52,443 nt of DNA from positions 1 through 52,443 of IMG/VR virus record IMGVR_UViG_3300023109_002746, one strand, 5' to 3'. This DNA is from a virus (taxonomy: Duplodnaviria > Caudoviricetes). The translations under genes were made by a program, and so were the position numbers. Below the pieces are notes generated by a model. The model did not search any database. It saw nothing but the letters and a program-made list of their open reading frames with translations, and had not been told where the DNA came from. Positions 1 to 7,679 of this stretch are shown piece by piece. How positions within the stretch are numbered: position 1 is the stretch's first letter; each line of letters starts with the position of its first letter.

Positions 1-127
1 CTTGCATCGAGTTATCAACCCAAACTTGTAGCTTGGAGAAAGAACCTAAACGAACCCAAGTATCATCATTTGCTTTAGTATCAAAGTATCCTAACGCAAA
101 TTTCTTCTTCATGTCAATACGATCCAT
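1..127 (-). CDS. hypothetical early protein (partial, runs off window)
   Basis: ATG at 127 (MDRIDMKKKFALGYFDTK...) with AAGGA RBS, directly downstream of promoter 159-187; open to the window edge. Confidence 0.6.
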   Translation of the reverse strand, partial: MDRIDMKKKFALGYFDTKANDDTWVRLGSFSKLQVWVDNSMQ

Positions 128-158
128 AATATATGTCCTTTTCTCAATTTATAGTACC

Positions 159-233
159 ATTATAAACGGTTTCATAAAGAATGTACACCATTATTTGCAC
201 TTTTTTTAGATCATTTAGTTATAAGGATATTAC
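159..233 (-). promoter_or_regulatory. class A early promoter (TGTACA-N17-TATAAT) with upstream TAGATCATTTAG element
   Basis: -10 at 159-164, -35 at 182-187, TTTAGATCATTTAG at 205-218; same architecture in four other copies. Confidence 0.8.
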
Positions 234-811
234 GAAACGGTCACCTGAAATGCTATATTCATGCGCTGTTTGTCGCTGGTATTGATACCAACTTCATGTG
301 GTAACCAGCCTGGGAACAACACAAGCTCACCATCTTTTGGCTCAAATACAATACCACGCATATATGGTGATACCGTATAGTAGTTGTTCAGTAAGTTTAC
401 TGGATTTGGAAATTTGAGAGCGCCGGTACCTTCAGCTTGTACATAGTAGACACAAGCGAAAGTAGACTCAGGATGGCTGTGCAAAGCGTTAAAGCTTCCC
501 GGCTCATTAATGTTACTCCAAGATTGGAGCGAGATTTGATTTTTTTGAATGGCTCTAGCGAACGTAGGATCAGCTTCTTTATAGAACTCTATAGCTTCCT
601 CGATCATTTCGTGGAGACCCCCGATGAGCCATTCAGCGTCTGGATACTGGACTTCATTACGCCAACATCCAACGTTACTGTTTCGGATACTGTCAGGCAA
701 AGAAGCCCGAGCATCATGCATTTTTTTCTTCAATTGCTCACGTTCGCTCACCGTTCCTACTTCCTTGTAGGACAGGTGAGACATGAACAGATCTGTACGA
801 CTAACCGCCAT
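230..811 (-). CDS. 2OG-Fe(II) oxygenase-like protein (TIGR02466-like)
   Basis: SWSNIN..HSHP..ACVYYV..LVLFPGWLPHEV..RMNIAF motifs. Confidence 0.85.
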   Translation of the reverse strand: MAVSRTDLFMSHLSYKEVGTVSEREQLKKKMHDARASLPDSIRNSNVGCWRNEVQYPDAEWLIGGLHEMIEEAIEFYKEADPTFARAIQKNQISLQSWSNINEPGSFNALHSHPESTFACVYYVQAEGTGALKFPNPVNLLNNYYTVSPYMRGIVFEPKDGELVLFPGWLPHEVGINTSDKQRMNIAFQVTVS

Positions 812-1074
812 TAAGAAGCCTTCAAAAGACTAGGAGAGACCTTCCACATGCCGTTAGTTGTAGATACCTTTATAGTCTTAGGATTAATCTTAAGAATGGT
901 TCCAGTGACTTTCATGCCACGCTTATCGTTGAAAAATACAGCATCTCCAACTGAGAATGAACCTTTAATTTCTTGTGAAATCATTGAACGGCGAGCTCTG
1001 ACCATGCTAATAATTGCATCAAGAGTATCGTTGTCAGCGTTACGGATAGCGTTCATAGTGGTTTTGTTCAACAT
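811..1074 (-). CDS. hypothetical protein with SH3/KOW-like C-terminus
   Basis: FSVGDAVFF..GTILKINPKT..WKVSPSLL; AAGGA RBS favours ATG at 1074. Confidence 0.7.
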   Translation of the reverse strand: MLNKTTMNAIRNADNDTLDAIISMVRARRSMISQEIKGSFSVGDAVFFNDKRGMKVTGTILKINPKTIKVSTTNGMWKVSPSLLKAS

Positions 1075-1080
1075 AATGTA

Positions 1081-1146
1081 ATTCCTTATCAATTAATTTA
1101 TAAGTACCATTCTAACAGGATATGAGCAGTTTGTACACCTTTTTTT
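1081..1146. repeat. 66-bp promoter/leader direct repeat, copy 1 (copy 2 at 1440-1505)
   Basis: 64/66 identical by eye to 1440-1505; the two copies flank ORF 1210-1434. Confidence 0.9.
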
Positions 1147-1195
1147 CACTTTTTTTAGATCATTTAGTTATATCCTTATTCCTAAATGATCTAAA
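1109..1195 (-). promoter_or_regulatory. class A early promoter with perfect 14-bp inverted-repeat operator
   Basis: TGTACA(1132-1137)-N17-TAGAAT(1109-1114); TTTAGATCATTTAG(1154-1167)-N14-CTAAATGATCTAAA(1182-1195). Confidence 0.85.
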
Positions 1196-1209
1196 TTAAA
1201 AAATTAAAT

Positions 1210-1434
1210 TTATGATTCCCATATTAGAGTTTTAAGTTTTTTTTCAGTTGGGATAAACCCGAGTGTTTGTTGGATTAATTCTTCGAGGTGGTCAAAATTG
1301 CCAGAAGAGAATTGAATGAGTTGTTTAGAGGCTTTAGATTTAATAATTTTATAGGTGCAACCGTGTGAAATTGCAAATTGGTTGAGTAGGTCTAGAGATT
1401 TAGTAGGGATGTGAAGTTGAGTGTTATATGTCAT
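1210..1434 (-). CDS. hypothetical early protein
   Basis: 74-aa ORF with RBS, between two repeated promoter cassettes. Confidence 0.7.
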   Translation of the reverse strand: MTYNTQLHIPTKSLDLLNQFAISHGCTYKIIKSKASKQLIQFSSGNFDHLEELIQQTLGFIPTEKKLKTLIWES

Positions 1435-1439
1435 TTTTC

Positions 1440-1505
1440 ATTCCTTATCAATTAATTTATGGGTACCATTCTAACAGGATATGAGCAGTTTGTACACCTT
1501 TTTTT
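1440..1505. repeat. 66-bp promoter/leader direct repeat, copy 2
   Basis: near-identical to 1081-1146. Confidence 0.9.
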
Positions 1506-1570
1506 GAAAATAATTGCACTTTTTTTAGATCATTTAGTTATATGGATATAACCGGATATAACCAAAGTGA
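1468..1570 (-). promoter_or_regulatory. class A early promoter with upstream operator
   Basis: -10 1468-1473, -35 1491-1496, TAGATCATTTAG from 1526, tandem GGATATAACC x2 at 1544-1563. Confidence 0.85.
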
Positions 1571-1571
1571 A

Positions 1572-2012
1572 TTAGAAGGCTACTGATATCGATACACCAA
1601 TATGATCATTATGAGCTACCACTCCCCATCGACCTATGTTTCCTCCGATCAATGCAGGTACAAGATCGTCTGGTTCATACGATCCTATCATATAGTATAA
1701 GCCACTCAAGAGCAAACCATTGATAATTAGTGATTTGTCCTTCGATGGATTATTTCCATAGATGAGCGTATTTTCCTCGCTAAAACAATTACAAGGATGA
1801 TTCAAGGCCCACTGTGTTTGCTTATGGTCAACGTATGCCGCAAGAGTATAACCACTGAAAAGAAGCTGCTCCTTTTTAGTCCAGTCTTCAAAGTGTCTGA
1901 TCTCACTCTTCGCGGCACATGCAAATACTAGAAATAATAAAGCTAGTAATTTACTAACCTTCCCCAAGTGGATTGTCGAGTGCTTTTTGTATTGTATCTC
2001 GTAAACTTTCAT
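1572..2012 (-). CDS. hypothetical exported/membrane protein (start uncertain)
   Basis: signal-peptide-like LLALLFLVFACAAKS plus further hydrophobic segments. Confidence 0.6.
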   Translation of the reverse strand: MKVYEIQYKKHSTIHLGKVSKLLALLFLVFACAAKSEIRHFEDWTKKEQLLFSGYTLAAYVDHKQTQWALNHPCNCFSEENTLIYGNNPSKDKSLIINGLLLSGLYYMIGSYEPDDLVPALIGGNIGRWGVVAHNDHIGVSISVAF

Positions 2013-2508
2013 CTAGCTTCTCCATCTTATCATCAATACGATCTTCTACTTCCCTCATCGTATTTCTAACGTCCTTTTCGGACTCTCTGCTGATGTCTGA
2101 TACTTGTCGCAATCTTGTGTCAATCTCGTCTTGTACTGTCTTCACTCGGTTGCTAGCCGACTCAGCTACTCTTTCTGTTCTTATAATGTCATCACGTAAA
2201 CTATTCTTAATATCTCGAGTGTACTCAATAGCATCATCTAATTTACGCTCAATCGCTACGTTACGAGCTTCTACTGCTTCGATATCTAATACTTCAAGCT
2301 TTTCGCTCATCTCTTGAAAAGCTTTGTATGATTCAAATCCACCATACAATGCAGCGAGTATTGAACTCAGTAAACCAAACGCTACACCTATTGTTGTCGG
2401 AGTCATACTGATTCCGAACAACTGGAATTTTTTGTTCTTTAGATTCTCGACACCTTCTTCAAGGTTTTCTGTCATCTCACCTAAGTCTTTTTGTTTTCTT
2501 CTTGCCAT
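1954..2508 (-). CDS. membrane-anchored coiled-coil protein
   Basis: one TM segment (TIGVAFGLLSSILAALYGGF) followed by a long heptad-rich helix. Confidence 0.75.
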   Translation of the reverse strand: MARRKQKDLGEMTENLEEGVENLKNKKFQLFGISMTPTTIGVAFGLLSSILAALYGGFESYKAFQEMSEKLEVLDIEAVEARNVAIERKLDDAIEYTRDIKNSLRDDIIRTERVAESASNRVKTVQDEIDTRLRQVSDISRESEKDVRNTMREVEDRIDDKMEKLDESLRDTIQKALDNPLGEG

Positions 2509-2624
2509 GTTTTAGCCTCTCGTGCCAACGTCAGGTTGGTCGTTCTTATTATTAATGAACCATCATCAGAATATACTGTGTATGTTCTTCGCAGTTCTCT
2601 ATCGATTTCAACTCTATAAGTCAT
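2481..2624 (-). CDS. small hypothetical protein (47 aa, not in ORF track)
   Basis: MTYRVEIDRELRRTYTVYSDDGSLIIRTTN...; ATGA overlap with the upstream stop; fills the gap. Confidence 0.55.
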   Translation of the reverse strand: MTYRVEIDRELRRTYTVYSDDGSLIIRTTNLTLAREAKTWQEENKKT

Positions 2625-3085
2625 GTTATCAGTACCAAAGTACCAAATACCACAACTCCCGCAAGCAGCACAGCGCCTACACCTATCAGTATATCAGTCC
2701 AGAATGCTTTGTTTTCTGCTTTTTTACGAGCGGCTGCCATACGAGCGTTACGTATTTTTCTACGTTCCCGCATCATATCTTCGTAAAAATTGATTTGACC
2801 TGAATAGATCAAGAAATCTCGTAGCTCTTTCTCGATGTTTGCTATACGGTGATTTGCTGCCGTAATCTGCAAAGCCTGAGCTTCAACGCTCTTGCCCGAG
2901 AAAATGCTTTTCATTTTCGACGTATTGCGTGCTTCTATTGCTGCTTCTGCTATACTTTCTTTCGCGTCAAAAAATCTTGTAAAACCTTCGTAGAGATCTT
3001 GTGCTTCTCGACCTCTCTCCACACCATTCTTTATCATGTTATAAGCAGAGCCAGCTAGCTGTAAAGCTACTGTAACTTCCACCAT
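2621..3085 (-). CDS. phage protein with C-terminal TM helix
   Basis: helical protein ending ILIGVGAVLLAGVVVFGTLVLIT. Confidence 0.75.
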   Translation of the reverse strand: MVEVTVALQLAGSAYNMIKNGVERGREAQDLYEGFTRFFDAKESIAEAAIEARNTSKMKSIFSGKSVEAQALQITAANHRIANIEKELRDFLIYSGQINFYEDMMRERRKIRNARMAAARKKAENKAFWTDILIGVGAVLLAGVVVFGTLVLIT

Positions 3086-3110
3086 GATTATTTACCCTTC
3101 AGTGTTTTCC

Positions 3111-3557
3111 TTAGTTTTCAAATTTTAATTGCTTTAACTGTTGTATCTCTTGTCGCAGCTTCATGACTTCTAGACGTTTCTTTTCGAGTTCAAGTGCGTA
3201 TAGTTTACTACAATCCAAACGCTCTTTAGGAGCACCGATTGGAATCGTAATCCTACCATACACACCAACATCTCGAACAAAATTGTCGGAAAACTGATTA
3301 TAGTACATCGGGTCGTTTTGCATTGCAAACTGATTCATCAATGGATCGCTCTGGTTTAAAATACCCACAACTCCAAATTCTACATTAGTAGAAGAACCAA
3401 TCGCTGCAGAACACTCAACGTCTCCAGCTCTTACTCTATCACTTTGAAATGATGTTTGAGATTGTGGAATTGCGAGGTTTAAGCTACTTTGTCCGTAAGC
3501 TCCACCACACCAAAATCCGACAACAAAATACACCATCATTATTAATATTCTAGTCAT
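3111..3557 (-). CDS. exported protein with two amphipathic beta-strands and C-terminal coiled coil
   Basis: signal peptide; NVEFGVVG and VGVYGRITIPIG strands bracketed by two Cys. Confidence 0.7.
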   Translation of the reverse strand: MTRILIMMVYFVVGFWCGGAYGQSSLNLAIPQSQTSFQSDRVRAGDVECSAAIGSSTNVEFGVVGILNQSDPLMNQFAMQNDPMYYNQFSDNFVRDVGVYGRITIPIGAPKERLDCSKLYALELEKKRLEVMKLRQEIQQLKQLKFEN

Positions 3558-3933
3558 TTTTAATCTTCGAACATATTCTAGATGATATAACAGTAGCTGA
3601 AAAATCTTCAGCTAGCAACTTAGATCGAGAGCAAATATACACAGCATTTTGTAGATCCACTTCTCGAATGTAGACTTCAATGTCAATTTGACGAAGATAA
3701 TCAAGTCTTAATATTCTTTCTTTGGTCGCAAATGTGACCGACTTCATATCTTTATCTAACACTTGTATTTCATAGTAGGAAACTTCTGGCCTACCATTAA
3801 ATAACTTTAGTCTAGTACTATATATCCCATCTACAAAGGAGGGACTTAAAACAGGATACGTAGGTGTCCATTGATGCGCCTGAACTGACCCACCAATGGA
3901 CAACAGCATCCATACTATCAAAAACTTCATCAT
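3550..3933 (-). CDS. exported Ig-fold protein, fimbrial chaperone-like
   Basis: signal peptide ending VQA; beta-rich LKLFN..YYEIQV..IEVYI..VYICSRS..ICSKI; ORF solid, function tentative. Confidence 0.5.
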   Translation of the reverse strand: MMKFLIVWMLLSIGGSVQAHQWTPTYPVLSPSFVDGIYSTRLKLFNGRPEVSYYEIQVLDKDMKSVTFATKERILRLDYLRQIDIEVYIREVDLQNAVYICSRSKLLAEDFSATVISSRICSKIKND

Positions 3934-3946
3934 ATAAATTTCTCAT

Positions 3947-4462
3947 TTAGATTGCTATACACTCAGCTTGTACAATGGCACGGTAAGTTCCCGCTGGCCA
4001 AGACTTCTGATATCCGTATTGTACTTCCGACTCAACTTTAAACCATGTGCTACCGGCGTAAGTTAATGCAATTTCTGTAACATTATCGTACTCAATTTTA
4101 TCTGTGTCGTAAGAAGACATCTGAGCATCAGAAACTTCTTTTACAGATACTTCACCAGTCCACGCAGTGGTGTCAGTTAAAGCAGGACTTTCAGAAAAAG
4201 AAATTGGATGTGTGATGTATGCCTTGTAGTAGCTAGATTGAACTACGTCATAGCGAATCACTGGCTCCACACCAGCATCAGCTTGAGCTGTGCTTAACTT
4301 GTATGGAAGTGGGTTACCATAAATACCCATCGTGTCTGTAGTCACTGTGCATCTTGATTCAACAGTTCCCACTAAAGGGGTGTCAACTGCTAATGCGGTG
4401 CTGGATGCCAATGGGGCTGCCAACACAGCCAGTCCGAGTATTACTTTATTCAGTTTGAACAT
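3947..4462 (-). CDS. exported fimbrial/pilin-like subunit
   Basis: signal peptide ending ALA; N-terminal GTVESRCTV and C-terminal PAGTYRAIVQAEC resemble chaperone-usher pilin terminal strands. Confidence 0.55.
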   Translation of the reverse strand: MFKLNKVILGLAVLAAPLASSTALAVDTPLVGTVESRCTVTTDTMGIYGNPLPYKLSTAQADAGVEPVIRYDVVQSSYYKAYITHPISFSESPALTDTTAWTGEVSVKEVSDAQMSSYDTDKIEYDNVTEIALTYAGSTWFKVESEVQYGYQKSWPAGTYRAIVQAECIAI

Positions 4463-4477
4463 TTATTGTTCTCCTTA

Positions 4478-5368
4478 TTATTTTTCGCTTTTATACTGCA
4501 AATTTACCAACTCATTATGCAATTTATCTTGCGCAAAGTTCACTCGTCTAGCCCGAGTATTATCGGGTAGAGTACCATCTTTTAGCTCAACCTTTTCTAT
4601 ATAACTCGTTGAGGGCAATGCGACTAAGTAGCTTGTAGGGATCAAGTCTAATGCTTGTAGTCCTGCAAAAGCTAACTGAGAAGCTCCCGCCATAGCGGTC
4701 CCATTTTCTGCGCCGAGGAGTTTTTCAAGGCGTTCGTCTTCGCCTTCTTTCTCTTCAGCGAATTTTTGTCGCTGTCGTTCGTCTTCGTCTTCTTCATCCA
4801 TTACAGCTTTTCTATCAAGTTCTGCTTGGACTAAATCATCGTCCATTGGATCATAAGCGACAACTTCACCACCGATAGGTATCGACGGATCTTTCCAGCC
4901 TGGGCACCGCGGATCAGATTGTGGATCAAAACAAGGATCGTATTTGTATCCATAGACAACCATTGGATTTTCTACGCTACCTTTGCCTTCAACTTCAATC
5001 GAACCCAGTCCCCATAATTCTCGAGGTATATTCGATACACCTACAGCTTTATTAATTGTGTTGCCTGGGATTCCCGACCAATCATCAGTCTCACGGAAAA
5101 TATATCCAGGCCCTTGTGCATTCTCGTTTTGAACATGCACTAGCATATCGTCATCTTCTTCTTTAATCGTTGTATAACGATAGATGACTGTATTCACTGT
5201 TAAACCAGCTTGCTGAGGTAATATATTCTGCATCACCCACTGCAAACCAAAATCAGCGGCATTGTTAGTTGAGCCGTACTGAGTTTCGGTCGTAAACGAA
5301 TCAGAGTAAGAGTAGGAGGAGCAAACTAGCAACGCCAGCCCCGCCAAGAAGTGTCTTCGAACTATCAC
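4478..5368 (-). CDS. exported protein (beta-rich N-domain, CFDPQSDPRCPG motif, acidic coil)
   Basis: signal peptide; 296-aa ORF in operon. Confidence 0.7.
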   Translation of the reverse strand: MIVRRHFLAGLALLVCSSYSYSDSFTTETQYGSTNNAADFGLQWVMQNILPQQAGLTVNTVIYRYTTIKEEDDDMLVHVQNENAQGPGYIFRETDDWSGIPGNTINKAVGVSNIPRELWGLGSIEVEGKGSVENPMVVYGYKYDPCFDPQSDPRCPGWKDPSIPIGGEVVAYDPMDDDLVQAELDRKAVMDEEDEDERQRQKFAEEKEGEDERLEKLLGAENGTAMAGASQLAFAGLQALDLIPTSYLVALPSTSYIEKVELKDGTLPDNTRARRVNFAQDKLHNELVNLQYKSEK

Positions 5369-5903
5369 TCATGCCCTCCTTTTCTTTAGTGTCGTTTGGC
5401 TGAGCTTCAACATCAGCTTGCCAAGCAACTTTGGCTGCATCTCCGATTTGCCCATCGTAAGGACAAGGCGTACCGGCCATCATCATTGCATCAAAGACTC
5501 GTTTGTCCTGACACATTGTCGATACTGCAGCAACTTTCATTCCCATATCGTATAGAGTTTTTGAAAGTTTTAACCTTTCGCAATTATCGTCAGTAACTTG
5601 CGTCCCTGTCGATATGCCCAAAATTTGTGTTTGAATCGCCCCTGCTACACCGAAAGTACAAAGATCCGAGTTCGATGTGTTGATCGTCGGAGTAATCGCC
5701 GATGCAGGTGGTGATTTCAAAGTTGTAGTAGTGTTACCTTGCGTAGTTACCGTACTCGTCGATATCGAATCTGTTCGTATTACATCGTCCGGTAATGTAC
5801 TTCCATCGTCTGGAGTCGTTTCATTTTCTTGAGCGACTGCACAAGCTGATGCCACGAGTAACAATACTAACCCTAATTTGATCAATTTCATAATGTCCAC
5901 CAA
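5301..5903 (-). CDS. exported Cys-containing protein with C-terminal hydrophobic anchor
   Basis: signal peptide; SPPASAITP..DLC..CERLK..MCQD..GTPCP; ends LLLLLLL. Confidence 0.75.
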   Translation of the reverse strand: MVDIMKLIKLGLVLLLVASACAVAQENETTPDDGSTLPDDVIRTDSISTSTVTTQGNTTTTLKSPPASAITPTINTSNSDLCTFGVAGAIQTQILGISTGTQVTDDNCERLKLSKTLYDMGMKVAAVSTMCQDKRVFDAMMMAGTPCPYDGQIGDAAKVAWQADVEAQPNDTKEKEGMSDSSKTLLGGAGVASLLLLLLL

Positions 5904-5984
5904 TGTTTCTATATAGATTCATTCAAACTACATAGCTTATTTATCAATTAAAATCCTACAGCAGTCTATTTATTGACGGTTACG

Positions 5985-6002
5985 CTGTCATAATATTGAC
6001 AG
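5985..6002. promoter_or_regulatory. palindrome CTGTCA-N6-TGACAG, putative operator
   Basis: perfect 6-bp dyad in the intergenic region upstream of the exported-protein operon; extra half sites at 5973-5979 and 6014-6020. Confidence 0.45.
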
Positions 6003-6019
6003 TTTTGCCTATTCTGTCA

Positions 6020-6238
6020 TTATCTAATAGGTAGACGATGAAACGTAGTTGCTTCGTACTCTTCGTCTGCTAGCTGCCTCCAGTAAAGCTTGCAAATTTC
6101 CAAATAGCGTTTTTCAATGCTGTCTGGAAGTTTAAAGCTTTCGTTGTTCAGTTTGTAAAGCTCGATTTCTTTTACAAGAGCTCGTAGAGCTTTCTTTTCC
6201 TGGAAGTCAAATTCCAGATTATGCATTTTCTCTGCCAT
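6020..6238 (-). CDS. hypothetical protein
   Basis: 72-aa ORF tightly packed in the minus-strand run. Confidence 0.65.
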   Translation of the reverse strand: MAEKMHNLEFDFQEKKALRALVKEIELYKLNNESFKLPDSIEKRYLEICKLYWRQLADEEYEATTFHRLPIR

Positions 6239-6240
6239 AA

Positions 6241-6429
6241 TTATGTTCCAAAAAAATCACCTAAAATGCGTTCACCATTCACACTTACCCACTCGGTTCC
6301 TTTCCAAACAAAGCGGACTGTATGATACCATGCTTCAAATACAAGAACAGGGACGATCACTAATGCGACCTTCCCTATGTGTTTCCATTTTATCTCACGG
6401 AAGAACTCTTTGATTTTCGCCATACACAT
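6241..6429 (-). CDS. small membrane protein
   Basis: hydrophobic VALVIVPVLVF segment. Confidence 0.6.
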   Translation of the reverse strand: MCMAKIKEFFREIKWKHIGKVALVIVPVLVFEAWYHTVRFVWKGTEWVSVNGERILGDFFGT

Positions 6430-6434
6430 ACCCC

Positions 6435-6665
6435 CTATGTGTTATCACCATCAAAATATTTCACCTTACTTTTGTCAAACGCATCTTTCGCTGACTTACC
6501 CCATGAACCGAAAAGGTATGCCGACCATCCAACAAATCCTTTTTCCCAAGGAAGAGCTATTGTTCTTTTCTGTCTTTTCTCTTCTTGGATGTGCGCTGAC
6601 GTACACACAAATAGTAGTGCACCACATATGAATAATAACTGAATTAGTATTTCAACTACGAACAT
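6435..6665 (-). CDS. small membrane protein
   Basis: probable start MFVVEILIQLLF at 6665 after GGAG RBS. Confidence 0.6.
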   Translation of the reverse strand: MFVVEILIQLLFICGALLFVCTSAHIQEEKRQKRTIALPWEKGFVGWSAYLFGSWGKSAKDAFDKSKVKYFDGDNT

Positions 6666-6960
6666 GCTTGCAATCTCCTCTATAAATGAATCCAGGGCAA
6701 GAACATTTTCCGTCCAGTATATTATATATACGACCACTGGATCCTGCTATTCGCTTTACATTCGGATGATACGTTTCTGTACGCTCGCCGATCTTCTTGA
6801 ACTTACGACGACTCTTGCTAAATTGCTTGAGCGGATTTTTAAACACCTTGTCGTTGTACTGAACCAAGTGGCCAGCACTATTTACGTGATAAATTCCATT
6901 TTGAACTTGATGACCAGCTTTAGACCAGTCAGTCACTTCTTGTAGAATCTCAATCATCAT
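6652..6960 (-). CDS. SWIM zinc-finger protein
   Basis: CSCPGFIYRGDCKH (CxCx7CxH). Confidence 0.75.
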   Translation of the reverse strand: MMIEILQEVTDWSKAGHQVQNGIYHVNSAGHLVQYNDKVFKNPLKQFSKSRRKFKKIGERTETYHPNVKRIAGSSGRIYNILDGKCSCPGFIYRGDCKHVRS

Positions 6961-7066
6961 CTTCCTCGTTCGTTCGTTCACGGATTTGCTCAATAATATC
7001 TACGATAGACAGAAGTTCATCAGCATCACGTACAGTATCAAGCTCAATTTCAATTTTGATTTTCAT
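6950..7066 (-). CDS. small hypothetical protein (38 aa, not in ORF track)
   Basis: MKIKIEIELDTVRDADELLSIVDIIEQIRERTNEEDDD; TAATG coupling with upstream gene. Confidence 0.55.
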   Translation of the reverse strand: MKIKIEIELDTVRDADELLSIVDIIEQIRERTNEEDDD

Positions 7067-7377
7067 TACCATTTCCTACGCTGGTGAATGTAGATGTCGA
7101 TTCGCTTAGAATTGGCGATACCGCCATACACATCACCGTTGATTCGATAAGATCTACCACGAGGGCATTTCTCAATTGCTTCCCTACCTTTCAAAGAAAC
7201 GCGGTATTGTAAAGCGTAACCATAACGATCCACAGCATTCGATTCACGAAGCTGCTTATTCAAATACGTTACAATACCGCGTATTTCTTCAATCTGCATC
7301 ATGTCACCAACACATTGTGTGTCAGCACTTCCAATGTAGGACTCAGAGTTTCGCTTTTTCATATTCACTAATTTCAT
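7066..7377 (-). CDS. hypothetical early protein
   Basis: ORF with AGGA RBS directly after promoter 7410-7438. Confidence 0.7.
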   Translation of the reverse strand: MKLVNMKKRNSESYIGSADTQCVGDMMQIEEIRGIVTYLNKQLRESNAVDRYGYALQYRVSLKGREAIEKCPRGRSYRINGDVYGGIANSKRIDIYIHQRRKW

Positions 7378-7409
7378 AACAAATTCCTAATCAATTTAAG
7401 ATACAGACC

Positions 7410-7438
7410 ATTCTATACTAGTTCAAAGCAAATGTCAA
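7410..7438 (-). promoter_or_regulatory. class B sigma70 promoter TTGACA-N17-TAGAAT
   Basis: consensus -35, near-consensus -10, upstream A tract; spacer nearly identical to 8672-8700. Confidence 0.85.
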
Positions 7439-7446
7439 CTGTTTTT

Positions 7447-7650
7447 TTAACTTTTTTTGCTAAAGAAAACAGACCGAGTTAGACCACCAAAGTAGTAAGA
7501 CATAAACAGAGCAGAGACTACGATGAGTGCTGTTGCTGCCGCTTCCTTATCACCACCGATTGCAGTACCGACTATTAGGAACAGTTGAGTGCCGCCGATG
7601 ATAACTCCCATTGCAATGAGACCTACCGCCATATTTTTAAACATTTCCAT
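7447..7650 (-). CDS. small two-TM membrane protein
   Basis: two hydrophobic helices, AAGGAG RBS. Confidence 0.7.
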   Translation of the reverse strand: MEMFKNMAVGLIAMGVIIGGTQLFLIVGTAIGGDKEAAATALIVVSALFMSYYFGGLTRSVFFSKKS

Positions 7651-7679
7651 AAGATTTCTCCTTAATAAAAAAAGGTAGC

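Noticed and set aside
1154-1195. Inverted repeat as a simple rho-independent terminator
   Set aside because: The stem is AT-rich with a 14-nt loop, and the other four copies keep the arm sequence and phasing but not full pairing, which fits a protein-binding site better; a dual role is not excluded
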